A stretch of DNA of 64,000 bases. It comes from Myxococcales bacterium. Its GTDB lineage: Bacteria > Myxococcota_A > UBA9042. Positions 22,983 through 34,354 of this stretch are shown here, in pieces. The notes beneath the pieces are model-generated. The model saw only the letters and a program-made list of their open reading frames with translations, did no database searches and was not told where the DNA came from. The translations under genes and the position numbers were made by a program. The DNA lies in the NCBI GenBank assembly GCA_947491025.1, contig CANLIC010000002.1:197123-261122 (forward strand), written 5' to 3'. Numbering within the stretch: position 1 is the first letter of the stretch; each line of letters opens with the position of its first letter.

Positions 22983-23909
22983 TTGCAGCCGCTATTGAGC
23001 GCGCTGATGGGCGCGCAGTTCCTCGTCTTCGCCGCGCACCTGCTCGACGAACGGCGCGCAGCGGTCCACCTTGCCGCCGCTGCCGGCCTCGCCACCGCGG
23101 TCGCGCTCAGCGGAGCCTTGGTGGACGCAACGCTGCTGCGCCAGCGTCTTGCGCGGGACCTGACCGACTCTGGCGCCCTGCTCGATGATCCCGGGCTGCT
23201 GCGGGCGCAGGGCGAGGCCGGTGCGGCTCGCCTCGCCACTGCGCAGGGAGGCGCAGCGCTCGCTGAAGCGGCCCTCGATGAGCGGCTCCTTGTCGACACC
23301 GGCAAGGACGGGCTCCGAGGCGCGCTGGCGCTCCGGCTGCAAAGCGGGCTGCCGATGTTGCGCGTAGGCAGCGCCACGCGGGTCTTGCCGATGCCGCCGG
23401 AGCTGCACCTCGGATTCCTGGCGGCGATGGCGGCGTTGATCGCGTTGATATGCGCCCGGGCGCTGGAATCCCTGCGGCAGGAGCCGCGCTGCCCTAGCTG
23501 CGGCGGACCGCTGCGTTACGCAAGGCAGGCAGCCGTCAGCGAGGCCGGGGCCGTGGCGCTGCAGGTCGCTTTCGCGGCCCGCCGCGCAGGCGCCGAAGCC
23601 GTGACCGCGGACGGCGCCCCGGTGGCTTCCGCGCCTGGCGGGGAGGCCGCACAGGCCCAAGATTCCGATGCAGCCCTGCCGGCCGCGCCAGCGTTGGCCA
23701 CCGGCCCCGCCCTCTCCGCCATCGTCGCCGCGCACAGAGGGCATTCCGTGGCGCTCGAGCGTGGCGTCTGCCCGCGCGGCTGCCGCGGGGCGCTGCTGGA
23801 TCTCCGCCGAATGCGCGGCCGTGGCCTGCAGCTGCGTCGTCCAGGCCCTCTCGGCCGGCTGTGGCTCGAGGACGCGACCGAGACGCCTCGCGCCACAGCC
23901 GGTGCCTAA
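22983..23909 (+). CDS. Hypothetical membrane protein; low confidence.
   Basis: It has a hydrophobic N-terminus, a second TM segment 'LGFLAAMAALIALICARAL' and CPSCGG / CPRGC Cys pairs. The competing minus-strand ORFs are Arg-rich junk. The frame is open upstream to 22866 and there encodes another TM helix. Confidence 0.3.
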   Translation: MQPLLSALMGAQFLVFAAHLLDERRAAVHLAAAAGLATAVALSGALVDATLLRQRLARDLTDSGALLDDPGLLRAQGEAGAARLATAQGGAALAEAALDERLLVDTGKDGLRGALALRLQSGLPMLRVGSATRVLPMPPELHLGFLAAMAALIALICARALESLRQEPRCPSCGGPLRYARQAAVSEAGAVALQVAFAARRAGAEAVTADGAPVASAPGGEAAQAQDSDAALPAAPALATGPALSAIVAAHRGHSVALERGVCPRGCRGALLDLRRMRGRGLQLRRPGPLGRLWLEDATETPRATAGA

Positions 23910-23914
23910 AGCGA

Positions 23915-24898
23915 TCAGCGCGCGGCGAGCAGGACGCGCTCGCTCTGCCGCCGCAGGTGGGCCCGCCGCTCGGCGCTGCCCTCGGGCTCCAGCCAGGGCA
24001 AGGGCGCCGCGTCGGTGCTGAATTGGAGCAAGTCGCCGAGACCGAAGGGGACGCGCCGGTGCGCGCCGTCGATCCACAACACGCCGTCGGTGGTGTGGGA
24101 GCGCAGCCGTAGCACGTCGACCTTGCCGGCGATGACCGGTGCGTCGTCGCCGACGCTCAGCGGAAACAGCTCGCGGACCCGGAACTGCACCCGCCGGTCG
24201 TCGAGGTCCTGAATGTCGCCACCGGCCGAGCGAATGGCGCCCGTCGAGCCGGCGGCGGTGGCGATCCAGAGACCTGATGACTTCTGGCGCTGGCTTCGCC
24301 CATCGGCCTCTAGCGTATAGCGCGTCGTCTCGGCGGGCTCGCGGTGGGCAAAAAGGGCGTCGTTCAGCGCAGCGTCGGCGATGGGCACACCGTTGAGGTG
24401 GATCCGCATCCGCCAGAGGGCGCGGCTCCGGTACTCACCGGCGAGGATGCGACCGAGCACGGCCTCGAACGACGCTGCGCTGCCCGCGCAGAAGTAGCCG
24501 ACCGACGACAGCGGCGCGCTGTTGACGCCGAGCATCGGCGGCCCGTCGCTGCGGGCATCGCCGGCGACGTGGTGCGAAGCGCGCAAGAAGGTGCCGTCGC
24601 CGCCGACCGTGACGATGAGGTCGGCATGGGCGGCATCGCGTCGGCGCAGGCCCGAGACCACGCGCACCTCGCAGCCAGCGGCGCGCAGGGCCGCCTCGAC
24701 GCTGACGCAGGTCGCCTCGTGCTCGTCGTGGGCCTGACGCAGCCGCTGCGCCATTGCGCCGCCCTCGGCGAGCACACGCGCGACTCGGCTATCGCGCTGC
24801 AGGGCCTGACGCTCGATGGCGCTGGTCTTGCGCACCACAACCACACGGCCGGCGGTGACGATCTCGCCGACACGGTGGCGCTTGCGCGCTGCGGGCAT
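23915..24898 (-). CDS. nadK: NAD(+) kinase (ATP-NAD kinase family).
   Basis: GGDG motif 'DLIVTVGGDGTFL', 'LGVNSAPLSSVGYF' in place of NxGxLGFL, and 'IATAAGSTGAIRSAGGDI' in place of the TxxGSTAYSxSAGGP motif. Only a 1-nt gap separates it from the upstream histidine kinase gene. Confidence 0.7.
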   Translation of the reverse strand: MPAARKRHRVGEIVTAGRVVVVRKTSAIERQALQRDSRVARVLAEGGAMAQRLRQAHDEHEATCVSVEAALRAAGCEVRVVSGLRRRDAAHADLIVTVGGDGTFLRASHHVAGDARSDGPPMLGVNSAPLSSVGYFCAGSAASFEAVLGRILAGEYRSRALWRMRIHLNGVPIADAALNDALFAHREPAETTRYTLEADGRSQRQKSSGLWIATAAGSTGAIRSAGGDIQDLDDRRVQFRVRELFPLSVGDDAPVIAGKVDVLRLRSHTTDGVLWIDGAHRRVPFGLGDLLQFSTDAAPLPWLEPEGSAERRAHLRRQSERVLLAAR

Positions 24899-24899
24899 A

Positions 24900-26657
24900 T
24901 CAGTCCGCGTGCCCGGGCTGCTCGCGCGGCAGCGACACGCGGAAGATCGTGCCGCCGCCCTCGCGCCGGCGAAAGCTCAAGGTGCCGTCGTGGGCCTCGA
25001 CGATGTTGCGGGTGATGTCGAGGCCGAGACCAAGGCCCTTGTCGCCTTTGGTGGTGAAGAACGGCTCGAAGATGCGGGCGGCGATCTCTTCCGGGATGCC
25101 GGCGCCGTTGTCCTCGACCTCGAACCAGGCAATCTGGTCGTCGCCGCGCACCCGAATGACGATCTGCCCGTGCCGCGAATCGGTGGCGTCCGAGGCGTTG
25201 CGGACGAGGTTGATGAGCACCTGCCGCATGCGGTCGCCGTCGAACTCAGCCAGCACGGGCTCGGGGGCGTCGACCTGCAGCACGATGGCGCGGATGCGGG
25301 CGTCGCAGCGGACAAAGCGCACCACGTTGGCCGTCACCGCCGACAGATCTTGCAGCGACATCGAGATCTCAGCGCTGGCGCCGCTGGCGAAGCGGCGAAT
25401 CTCGTCGACCAGGCCGAGGATTCGGCGCTGCGCCTCCAGCATCAGCTCGGTCGCCTCTTGAATGTCCTCATCGTCGGGGTATTGCCGGCGCAACATGTCG
25501 GCCAGCAGGAAGGGGCTGAGGTGGTTCTTGACCTCGTGGGCGATGCCGCTGGCGATGCGGCCGACCGCGGCCATCTGCTCGGCACGCACCAAGCGATCTT
25601 GGGCCGAGATCAGCTGCGACTGCGCTTCCTCCAGCTCGCCGATGGTGCGTTCACGGGCCTCAGCCAGCTCGAGGTTGTCGACGGCAGTGCCGATCATGGA
25701 GGCCACAATGCCGAGCAGGTCGAGGTCATCCTCGGAGAAGCCGTTGATGGTGCGGACCGTCTCGAGCTCGATGAGGCCCGTGACGCGATCGCCGACGATC
25801 ATCGGCACCGCCAGCACCGAGCGCACGTCGTTCAGCACGACCGACTCGGAGGCCGAGAAGCGCTCGTCGGCCACAGCGTCGCTGGCGATGACGCCGCAGC
25901 GGTCGCGGATCACCAGCTCGGCGACGGTCTCGCTCATGCGGATCGCCCGCGGGTCCTCGTCGCGATCGTCTGAGGCGCGGACGGCCAGCGGCTCGAGGTG
26001 CCCGCTGCCGCGATGGCGCACCACGTAGGCGCGATCGGCGCGCAGGACCTTGCGGATGAGGCCCAGCACATCGTGCAGCATCTGGGCTTGGCCGTTGCCC
26101 GCCTGCAGCGTCTTGGCGACCTCGTGCAGGACCGCGAAGTTGCGCGTCTGCTTGACCAGAAACGCGATCTGCTCAGGGGTTCGCGGGAGCCCAGCGTCGG
26201 TGTCGCCGATGCCGATGGCCGAGAAGTAGTCCTCCGGGCGCATCGTGCCGAGATCCGGAATGGTACCAGACGCGATCGGCTTGACGAGGTGGGCCGTGGG
26301 GGCATCGACCTTGGGTGTCGAGCTCGGCAGGCTGCCGGAGAGCGCGACCTCGAATTGCGAAGCGCCGATACGTACGATATCAGAGCGAAAAAGGCGCTCG
26401 CGCATGACGCGCTTGCCGTTGACGTAGGTACCGTTGTGGCTCTCGAGGTCTTCGACGAAGAGCACACCGCTGTCGAGAAAGAACCGCGCATGGCGGCGGC
26501 TCATCCGGCGGTCGGGGACGAACACATCGCAGCTCGTGGAGCGGCCGACGAACAAATCCTGTGCAACCGGAAAGATCTGGCCTTCCAGCTCGCCGCTCAA
26601 GACGTGAAGCGTGTAGTCGGCCGTCGACAAGGCAGGGCTCCGTCTTCCCTCTCGCAC
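24900..26657 (-). CDS. Sensor histidine kinase with N-terminal FHA and central GAF domains.
   Basis: FHA: 'FVGRSTSCDVFVPDRRMSRRHARFFLDSGVLFVEDLESHNGTYVNG'. GAF: 'VLGLIRKVLRADRAYVV'. HisKA H-box: 'IASGIAHEVKNHL'. HATPase: 'LINLVRNASDA ... DNGAGIPEE ... GLGLGLDI'. Confidence 0.85.
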   Translation of the reverse strand: MREGRRSPALSTADYTLHVLSGELEGQIFPVAQDLFVGRSTSCDVFVPDRRMSRRHARFFLDSGVLFVEDLESHNGTYVNGKRVMRERLFRSDIVRIGASQFEVALSGSLPSSTPKVDAPTAHLVKPIASGTIPDLGTMRPEDYFSAIGIGDTDAGLPRTPEQIAFLVKQTRNFAVLHEVAKTLQAGNGQAQMLHDVLGLIRKVLRADRAYVVRHRGSGHLEPLAVRASDDRDEDPRAIRMSETVAELVIRDRCGVIASDAVADERFSASESVVLNDVRSVLAVPMIVGDRVTGLIELETVRTINGFSEDDLDLLGIVASMIGTAVDNLELAEARERTIGELEEAQSQLISAQDRLVRAEQMAAVGRIASGIAHEVKNHLSPFLLADMLRRQYPDDEDIQEATELMLEAQRRILGLVDEIRRFASGASAEISMSLQDLSAVTANVVRFVRCDARIRAIVLQVDAPEPVLAEFDGDRMRQVLINLVRNASDATDSRHGQIVIRVRGDDQIAWFEVEDNGAGIPEEIAARIFEPFFTTKGDKGLGLGLDITRNIVEAHDGTLSFRRREGGGTIFRVSLPREQPGHAD

Positions 26658-26886
26658 CTACGGCTGCCGCGCAGTGGATGACACGGCAGCCCAGCCCAAC
26701 ACGATAGGACGTATACCAGCCCTGGCACAAGTCCCCGGATGGGCCTTGGTTCTGGCGCAGCCATGGCACGCGTGCGCCGCTCCCTCGCCCTCGGTCCGGC
26801 CCATCGAATTACTTGCCGAACCGGGGTGAAGCCCGATCCTCTGGGCGGGTACCTGCGCCACCGCGCCGGCCCCACTTGGAGCGACC

Positions 26887-27729
26887 GTGTCGCAACCGCA
26901 GGACATCACAACCATCAACCACGACTTCGCCGGGGCACCGGTGCTTGAGGCCGTGGGGCTGCAGCGCAGCTTTGGGACGCAGCAGGTCTTGCGCGGCGTC
27001 GATCTCGAGATCGAAGCGGGCGTCGTGACCGTCATCATCGGGGGCTCCGGGTCGGGCAAGAGCGTGCTGATCAAGCACCTGATCGGCCTGATGCGGCCGG
27101 ACGCCGGCGAGGTGCGCTTTCACGGAAGGTCGCTGGCCGAAATGGGCGGTCAGGAGCTCATCCGCTTCCGTTCGCGCATCGGCATGCTCTTTCAGAACGG
27201 GGCGTTGTTCGACTCGATGTCGGTCTACGAGAACGTGGCCTTCCCGCTGCGCGAGCACCGTCGCGGCATCGCCCGCAGCGAAGAACGCGATCGCGTGCGG
27301 ACGGCGCTGCTCGAGCTCGGTCTGCGCGACATCGAGCACAAGTTCCCCTCTGAGCTCTCCGGCGGCATGCGCAAACGGGTGGCGCTGGCACGGGCGACGA
27401 TCCTCGAACCTGAGATCATCTTCTACGACGAGCCGACCACGGGCCTCGATCCGGTCATGATCAAGCAGGTCGACGACATGATCGCCGAGACGCAGCAGCG
27501 TTTGAAGGTCACCTCGATCGTGATCTCGCACGATATGGCCTCGACCTTCCGCATCGCCCAGCGGGTCGCCATGCTGTACGAAGGCCGCATCATCGCGGAG
27601 GGCACACCGTCCGAGCTGCTGACGATCGACGACGAGCGCGTCCGGCGCTTCATCCACGTTAGCGGCACCGGCCCGCTCCAGATGCAGGCGGCGTCGGCAG
27701 GGGCGGACATGATGGCGGGGCAGCGATGA
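26887..27729 (+). CDS. ABC transporter ATP-binding protein, MlaF/Mkl-like.
   Basis: Walker A 'GGSGSGKS', signature 'LSGGMRKRVALARA' and Walker B 'IIFYDEPTTGLD'. A 4-nt overlap links it to the downstream MCE gene. Confidence 0.85.
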   Translation: MSQPQDITTINHDFAGAPVLEAVGLQRSFGTQQVLRGVDLEIEAGVVTVIIGGSGSGKSVLIKHLIGLMRPDAGEVRFHGRSLAEMGGQELIRFRSRIGMLFQNGALFDSMSVYENVAFPLREHRRGIARSEERDRVRTALLELGLRDIEHKFPSELSGGMRKRVALARATILEPEIIFYDEPTTGLDPVMIKQVDDMIAETQQRLKVTSIVISHDMASTFRIAQRVAMLYEGRIIAEGTPSELLTIDDERVRRFIHVSGTGPLQMQAASAGADMMAGQR

Positions 27730-29342
27730 ACGAGCTGCGCGCCACCCTGCTCGTCGGCCTGCTCGCGGTCACCAGCGCTGCGCTGGTCATCGTCGGCGTC
27801 CTCAACACGCGCGACGACATCGGCAACGAGGACTCGACGTACCCGGTCGATGCGGTCTTCGACGATGTCACCGGCATCGCGGCAGGCACCAAGGTCACCA
27901 TCGCCGGTTACCCGGTCGGCGAGGTCGTCGCCGTGCAGCTTCGCGGCACGGAGGTGCTGGTCCAGCTTCGGCTGCGGCAAGAGGTCGCGCTGTACTCGGG
28001 CGTCGAGCGCGAGGGCAAGCTCGTCAACGCGGCGATGCTGACGCGGGTCCAGGCCAGCTTGCTCGGCGACTACTACCTCGAGCTGCGTCCAGGCGCTCAG
28101 GGCAAGCGGCTGGGCCGCGGCGACCGCGTCCCCATCGTCGTGACCGCCACCGCGATCGAGGCCACGCTCAAGCGCCTGGAGACGGCGGCTGGCGTCATCC
28201 CCAACGTCAACCGGATCGCGGACGACGTGGCGGCGATCACCGGCAACGCGCGCAAGGTCTTCGGCAGCGACGACGGCGCCAAGCGTTTCGACGAGATCGC
28301 GGACAACCTGCTGTCGACCAGCCGCAACCTGACCGAGGCGACCGACCTCATCCGCAAGCGCTTCGAGACCGGGTCGTTGGCGCACGGCGGCGAGCTCGAT
28401 CGCACCATCGCGTCGGCCACTTCACTCCTTCGCGAGGCGACGGCGGTGACGGGCGCGGTGCGCGGCACGGTGGCCAAGGGCAGCGACTCGGCGCTGCGGA
28501 GCCTGGACCACGTCGAGGTGGTGACCCGCGGCGTGCGGGCCATGCTCGGGCGCAACGAGAACGGCCTCGAGAAGGCCGTGGCCTCGCTGACGACCACGCT
28601 CCAGAAGGTGGAGGACACGCTGACGCGCCTCGATGGCGTGGTCGCCAACCTCGAGGACGTCACCGCACGCACCCGCCGCGGCGAGGGCTCGGTCGGACGG
28701 CTGCTGACCAACGACACGTTGGTGCGCGAGGCCGAGGCGATGGTGAAAGAGACTCGCGGCTTCGTGAATCGTTTCGTGAACCTGCAAACCGGCATCGACT
28801 ACCAGACCAACTACTACCAGGGCGGGGCCACCGCGGACCGCGAGGCGTGGCGCTCGCAGCTCAGTCTTCGCGTGCAGCCGAGCCCGGAGAAGCACTACCT
28901 GGTGACGATCTCGAGCGATGTGCTGCCCAATACCACGACCCTGGTGCGGCGCACCGAGGAGACCGGCACGGGCGGCGCCGCCAGCACGACGCTCGGCATC
29001 TTGGAGCGCGGCGACACCGTGAAGCTCGGCTTCCAGTACGTGCGGCGCTTTGGCCCGGTGGCGCTACGCGGTGGCCTCATCGAGTCGCGCGCCGGCTTCG
29101 GCGTCGATGCCCACGCTTGGAGCGACCGCCTCACGGCCTTTGCCGAGGTGTTTCAGCTCACCGATCACCGGCCGCGGGTGCGGGCCGGCCTCATCGCGCG
29201 CTTGCTGCCTTTCGCCTATTTGCAGGCGGGCGGCGACTTCCTGCTCACCGGCGATCGGGCGCTCTATTTCGGCGCCGGCTTGTTCTTCCGCGACGACGAT
29301 CTGCTCTTGCTCTTTGCGTCGGCGCCGACCGTCCAATTCTGA
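27726..29342 (+). CDS. MCE-family (MlaD-like) substrate-binding protein, long form with a coiled-coil C-terminal extension.
   Basis: N-terminal TM helix 'LLVGLLAVTSAALVIVGVL', then the MCE domain 'VDAVFDDVTGIAAGTKVTIAGYPVGEVVAVQL'. Size 538 aa. Confidence 0.8.
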   Translation: MNELRATLLVGLLAVTSAALVIVGVLNTRDDIGNEDSTYPVDAVFDDVTGIAAGTKVTIAGYPVGEVVAVQLRGTEVLVQLRLRQEVALYSGVEREGKLVNAAMLTRVQASLLGDYYLELRPGAQGKRLGRGDRVPIVVTATAIEATLKRLETAAGVIPNVNRIADDVAAITGNARKVFGSDDGAKRFDEIADNLLSTSRNLTEATDLIRKRFETGSLAHGGELDRTIASATSLLREATAVTGAVRGTVAKGSDSALRSLDHVEVVTRGVRAMLGRNENGLEKAVASLTTTLQKVEDTLTRLDGVVANLEDVTARTRRGEGSVGRLLTNDTLVREAEAMVKETRGFVNRFVNLQTGIDYQTNYYQGGATADREAWRSQLSLRVQPSPEKHYLVTISSDVLPNTTTLVRRTEETGTGGAASTTLGILERGDTVKLGFQYVRRFGPVALRGGLIESRAGFGVDAHAWSDRLTAFAEVFQLTDHRPRVRAGLIARLLPFAYLQAGGDFLLTGDRALYFGAGLFFRDDDLLLLFASAPTVQF

Positions 29343-29535
29343 CGCGCAGCCTCTTCGTCGACGACGGCAATCCCAGGCCGGAAAATGCGGTCCGAGGCAT
29401 TGCAGGGGCAAAGGCCAGCGAGCCAAGGCGCCAAGGCGCCAAGGTGCGGCAAGCGCTAGGCGATTTCGGCTGGATGCCACGAAGCTCGAGTGGGCCCAGA
29501 CAGCCTGATAGCGCGCCGGATCCGCAGACCGGCGC

Positions 29536-30795
29536 TCAGGCGCTGACGACCGGCTCCGTCGCACGCCGCAGACGCAGCAAGGCCAACGCGACGAGCTTGG
29601 CCCGCTCGACCAGGCTGGCGCGCTCGATGCGCTCCTCGGGCGCGTGGTAGCCTGTGCCCACCGGACCCAAGCCGTCGACCGTCGGAATCCCCAGAGCTGC
29701 CGTGAAGTTGGCGTCGCTGCCGCCGCTGGTCTCGATCGCTGGCAAGGGCAGTCCGAGGTCGCGGGCAGCGCCGCGGAGCAGGCCGAGCAGCGGGTCGGCG
29801 CTGGCATCGACCATCGGCCAGGGCGGCCGATGGAAGCGGCCGCGCACCGTGACGCGTACCCCCGTAGCAGCCTCGACGGCAGCCGCGGCGGCGCGCAGGC
29901 CCGCCTCCAGGCGGGTGACTTCGGCCGCGGTGCGGGCGCGTGCGTCGATCTCAAGCACGCAGCGCTCGGCCACGACGTTGCGGGCTGTGCCGCCGGCGAT
30001 CGTGCCGACGTTGAGGCAGGAGCCGGCAGCGGCGGCGTCGGCATCGGTGAGGGCGCCCAGCCGGAGGCAGAGGTCGGCTGCGGCGATGATCGCGCTGCGC
30101 CCCTCGCCCGGTGCGGCGCCGGCGTGCGCCGCTGCGCCAGCGACCTCGACGCGGAAGGCGCCGACCGCGGCGCGGCCCGTGACCACGGCGAACCCTGGGC
30201 GCCCCGGCTCGAAGTCGAGCACGGCGTCGCAACCTTCGCAGAGCCGCTCGATCAAAGCCCGCGACGTCGGTGAGCCGACCTCCTCGTCGCTGGTCAGGAG
30301 GACCCGCAAGTCCAGACGCGGCAACCGACCCGCCCGCGCCACGGCCTGAATCGCGGTGGCGGCGACGACCAGACCGCCCTTCATGTCGGCGACGCCGGGG
30401 CCGTGCAGGTGCTCGCCAACGCGCGCCATGCCGACAAAGCCGTTGGCGGCGTCGTGCACGGTGTCGACATGGCCGAGGATGAGGACCTTGGGCGCCGCGC
30501 TCGCGTCAGCGCCATCGACAGGCGGCGCAGGCTGACGGCTAGCGAAGAGGTGACAGAGGCCGCCGGCCGCCTCCAGGATCTCGGCGCGCAGGCCGATTGC
30601 CTGGTAGCGCTTGGCGAGAAGGTGGATGGCCTGTCGCCGCCCATCGAGCTCGCTTGGCCCGGTGGAGAGGTCGACCAACACACGCAGCTCCTCGACCATC
30701 GCCGCCTCGCGGCCGTCGAGCCAGTCGAGCATCCGCCGCTCGATGGCCTCGTCGTCGCCCCCGGAGGCGCCTCCCTGTGCCGGCGACTGGCTCAT
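29536..30795 (-). CDS. M20-family metallopeptidase (ArgE/DapE/carboxypeptidase G2-like).
   Basis: Motifs 'LILGHVDTVHD' and 'GVADMKGG'. The start was trimmed to the ATG at 30795, which overlaps the yaeQ stop (ATGA), because the longer track ORF (to 30981) would overlap yaeQ by 190 nt. Confidence 0.8.
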   Translation of the reverse strand: MSQSPAQGGASGGDDEAIERRMLDWLDGREAAMVEELRVLVDLSTGPSELDGRRQAIHLLAKRYQAIGLRAEILEAAGGLCHLFASRQPAPPVDGADASAAPKVLILGHVDTVHDAANGFVGMARVGEHLHGPGVADMKGGLVVAATAIQAVARAGRLPRLDLRVLLTSDEEVGSPTSRALIERLCEGCDAVLDFEPGRPGFAVVTGRAAVGAFRVEVAGAAAHAGAAPGEGRSAIIAAADLCLRLGALTDADAAAAGSCLNVGTIAGGTARNVVAERCVLEIDARARTAAEVTRLEAGLRAAAAAVEAATGVRVTVRGRFHRPPWPMVDASADPLLGLLRGAARDLGLPLPAIETSGGSDANFTAALGIPTVDGLGPVGTGYHAPEERIERASLVERAKLVALALLRLRRATEPVVSA

Positions 30796-31388
30796 CTTCC
30801 CTCCGGGGCCACGGGCCAGCTTGTGGGCGCCCCGGCGCGCGCGTCCAATCGCGTCAGCTCGCCCTCCAGCACTTCGCCGTCGCAGTCGAGAAAGAGCTGG
30901 CCCTCGTTGAGGGTCGCCGTCCAGGCCATCGAGCGCGAGCCGATCGCCTCCAGACGTTGCAGCAGCGCCGGCGTGACCCAATACAGCTCGAGCGACTCCA
31001 GATTTCGGGCCCGCTGGCTGTGCAGCTCGCGCACCATCGAGCGCGCCTCGTCGATGTCAGCGAAAAGCGCGATGGTGCGGGCGTCCTTGTGGCGGCCGAG
31101 CGCGCGCACCAGGCGCTTGACCTGCGAAGGCGCGCCACACTCGATCCAGGCCGTGACCTCGCCGGTCAGATCGCGAACGCGGACGTCGGGCTCGGCGACC
31201 AGGACCCAGCCTTCGCCGTCCTCGATGCCCTCGTCGAAGAAGAAGACCCACGACAAGAAGCGCAGCAGGATGTGCTCGTCGGGCTCATCGGGGTGCTGCG
31301 CCAGCGTGATCTGGCGCTGGGCATAGACGCCGCGATCGACGTCGCTGAGCTGCAGCCGCACCTGGCAGCGAAACGCGCGGCTGAGCAT
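30792..31388 (-). CDS. yaeQ: YaeQ-family protein.
   Basis: The N-terminus 'FRCQVRLQLSDVDRGVYAQRQITLAQHPDEPDEHILLRFLSWV' matches the conserved YaeQ N-terminal signature. Size 198 aa. Confidence 0.75.
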   Translation of the reverse strand: MLSRAFRCQVRLQLSDVDRGVYAQRQITLAQHPDEPDEHILLRFLSWVFFFDEGIEDGEGWVLVAEPDVRVRDLTGEVTAWIECGAPSQVKRLVRALGRHKDARTIALFADIDEARSMVRELHSQRARNLESLELYWVTPALLQRLEAIGSRSMAWTATLNEGQLFLDCDGEVLEGELTRLDARAGAPTSWPVAPEGR

Positions 31389-31406
31389 GGTAATTCCGTG
31401 GCTGGT

Positions 31407-32219
31407 TCAGCGTCCGCGCAGGCTGGCGACCACAAAGTCGCGGTTCATGCGGGCGATGGCGCTAACGCTGATCTCTTTCGGGCAGGCAGCCTCGCACTCG
31501 TACTGGTTGGTGCAGGAGCCAAAGCCCTCGAGGTCCATCTGGGCGACCATCGACAGCACGCGCTGGTGGCGCTCGGGCTGACCTTGCGGCAGCAGGCCGA
31601 GGTGGCTGATCTTGGCTGCGGTAAAGAGGCTGGCGCTGGCGTTCTTGCAGGCGGCGACGCACGCGCCACAGCCGATGCAGGCGGCGTACGAGAAGGCCTC
31701 ATCGGCGTCCTGCTTGTTGACGGGCGTCGAGTTGGCGTCTTGGGCCTGGCCGGTGCGCACCGAGATGTAGCCGCCGGCCTCGATGATGCGGTCGAAGGCG
31801 CCGCGGTCGACCACGAGATCGCGCAGCACCGGGAAGGGCTTGGCGCGAAACGGCTCGATGACCAGCGTGTCGCCGTCGCGGAACGAGCGCATGTGGAGCT
31901 GGCAGGTCGTCGTGCCCTTGTCGGGTCCATGCGGCACGCCATTGATCTGCAGCGAGCAGGCGCCGCAGATGCCCTCACGGCAGTCGTGGTCGAACGCGAT
32001 CGGCGCCTCACCGCGGGCCTCGAGGCCCTCGTTGACGACGTCGAGCATCTCGAGGAACGACATGTGCTCGCTGATGTCGCGGGCCTCGTAGGTCGCAAAG
32101 GCGCCCCCGGAGCGGCGATCGGCTTGGCGCCAGACGTGCAAGGTCAGGTTCATCGTCGGCTCCCCTTCTCCCTCACGGCGCCGGCGCTGGCGGCGGCGCC
32201 TTGCCTCTGAACGTGCCAC
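31407..32219 (-). CDS. sdhB: Succinate dehydrogenase / fumarate reductase iron-sulfur subunit.
   Basis: 2Fe-2S motif '[11 protein letters not shown]', 4Fe-4S motif '[11 protein letters not shown]' and 3Fe-4S motif '[12 protein letters not shown]'. Confidence 0.9.
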   Translation of the reverse strand: MARSEARRRRQRRRREGEGEPTMNLTLHVWRQADRRSGGAFATYEARDISEHMSFLEMLDVVNEGLEARGEAPIAFDHDCREGICGACSLQINGVPHGPDKGTTTCQLHMRSFRDGDTLVIEPFRAKPFPVLRDLVVDRGAFDRIIEAGGYISVRTGQAQDANSTPVNKQDADEAFSYAACIGCGACVAACKNASASLFTAAKISHLGLLPQGQPERHQRVLSMVAQMDLEGFGSCTNQYECEAACPKEISVSAIARMNRDFVVASLRGR

Positions 32220-32262
32220 TTGGCTCGGGCGCTGCGCCCGTCGGCGCTTGCCCCGCTGCGCG

Positions 32263-34185
<1,923 letters not shown>

Positions 34186-34354
34186 GGCGTGCTCCGTGGC
34201 GGTGGGCGGCAGGGACAGGGGCGTTCACGCAGGCGTCGAGCGGCGCGGGCGTTGGCGTTGGCGGCGGGTTGACGCGTGGCGCGCCGAGCGCCCACCACAT
34301 GCCCGCGCAGGAGCTCCATGCCCCACCAGCCCCTGCCGGCGGGCGCAAGGGCGA

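Noticed and set aside
22992-24077. 361-aa minus-strand ORF spanning the 22983..23909 region and the nadK 3' end.
   Set aside because: It is Arg-rich junk that overlaps the motif-supported NAD kinase gene. The + strand frame at least encodes TM helices.
29343-29535. Three tandem copies of GCCAAGGC in the convergent MCE/M20 spacer, considered as a protein-binding site or terminator.
   Set aside because: Too short and degenerate to interpret. No adjacent stable hairpin plus T-run was visible.
29536-30981. Extended 481-aa version of the M20 peptidase.
   Set aside because: It would overlap yaeQ by 190 nt. The internal ATG at 30795 forms a classic ATGA overlap with the yaeQ stop.
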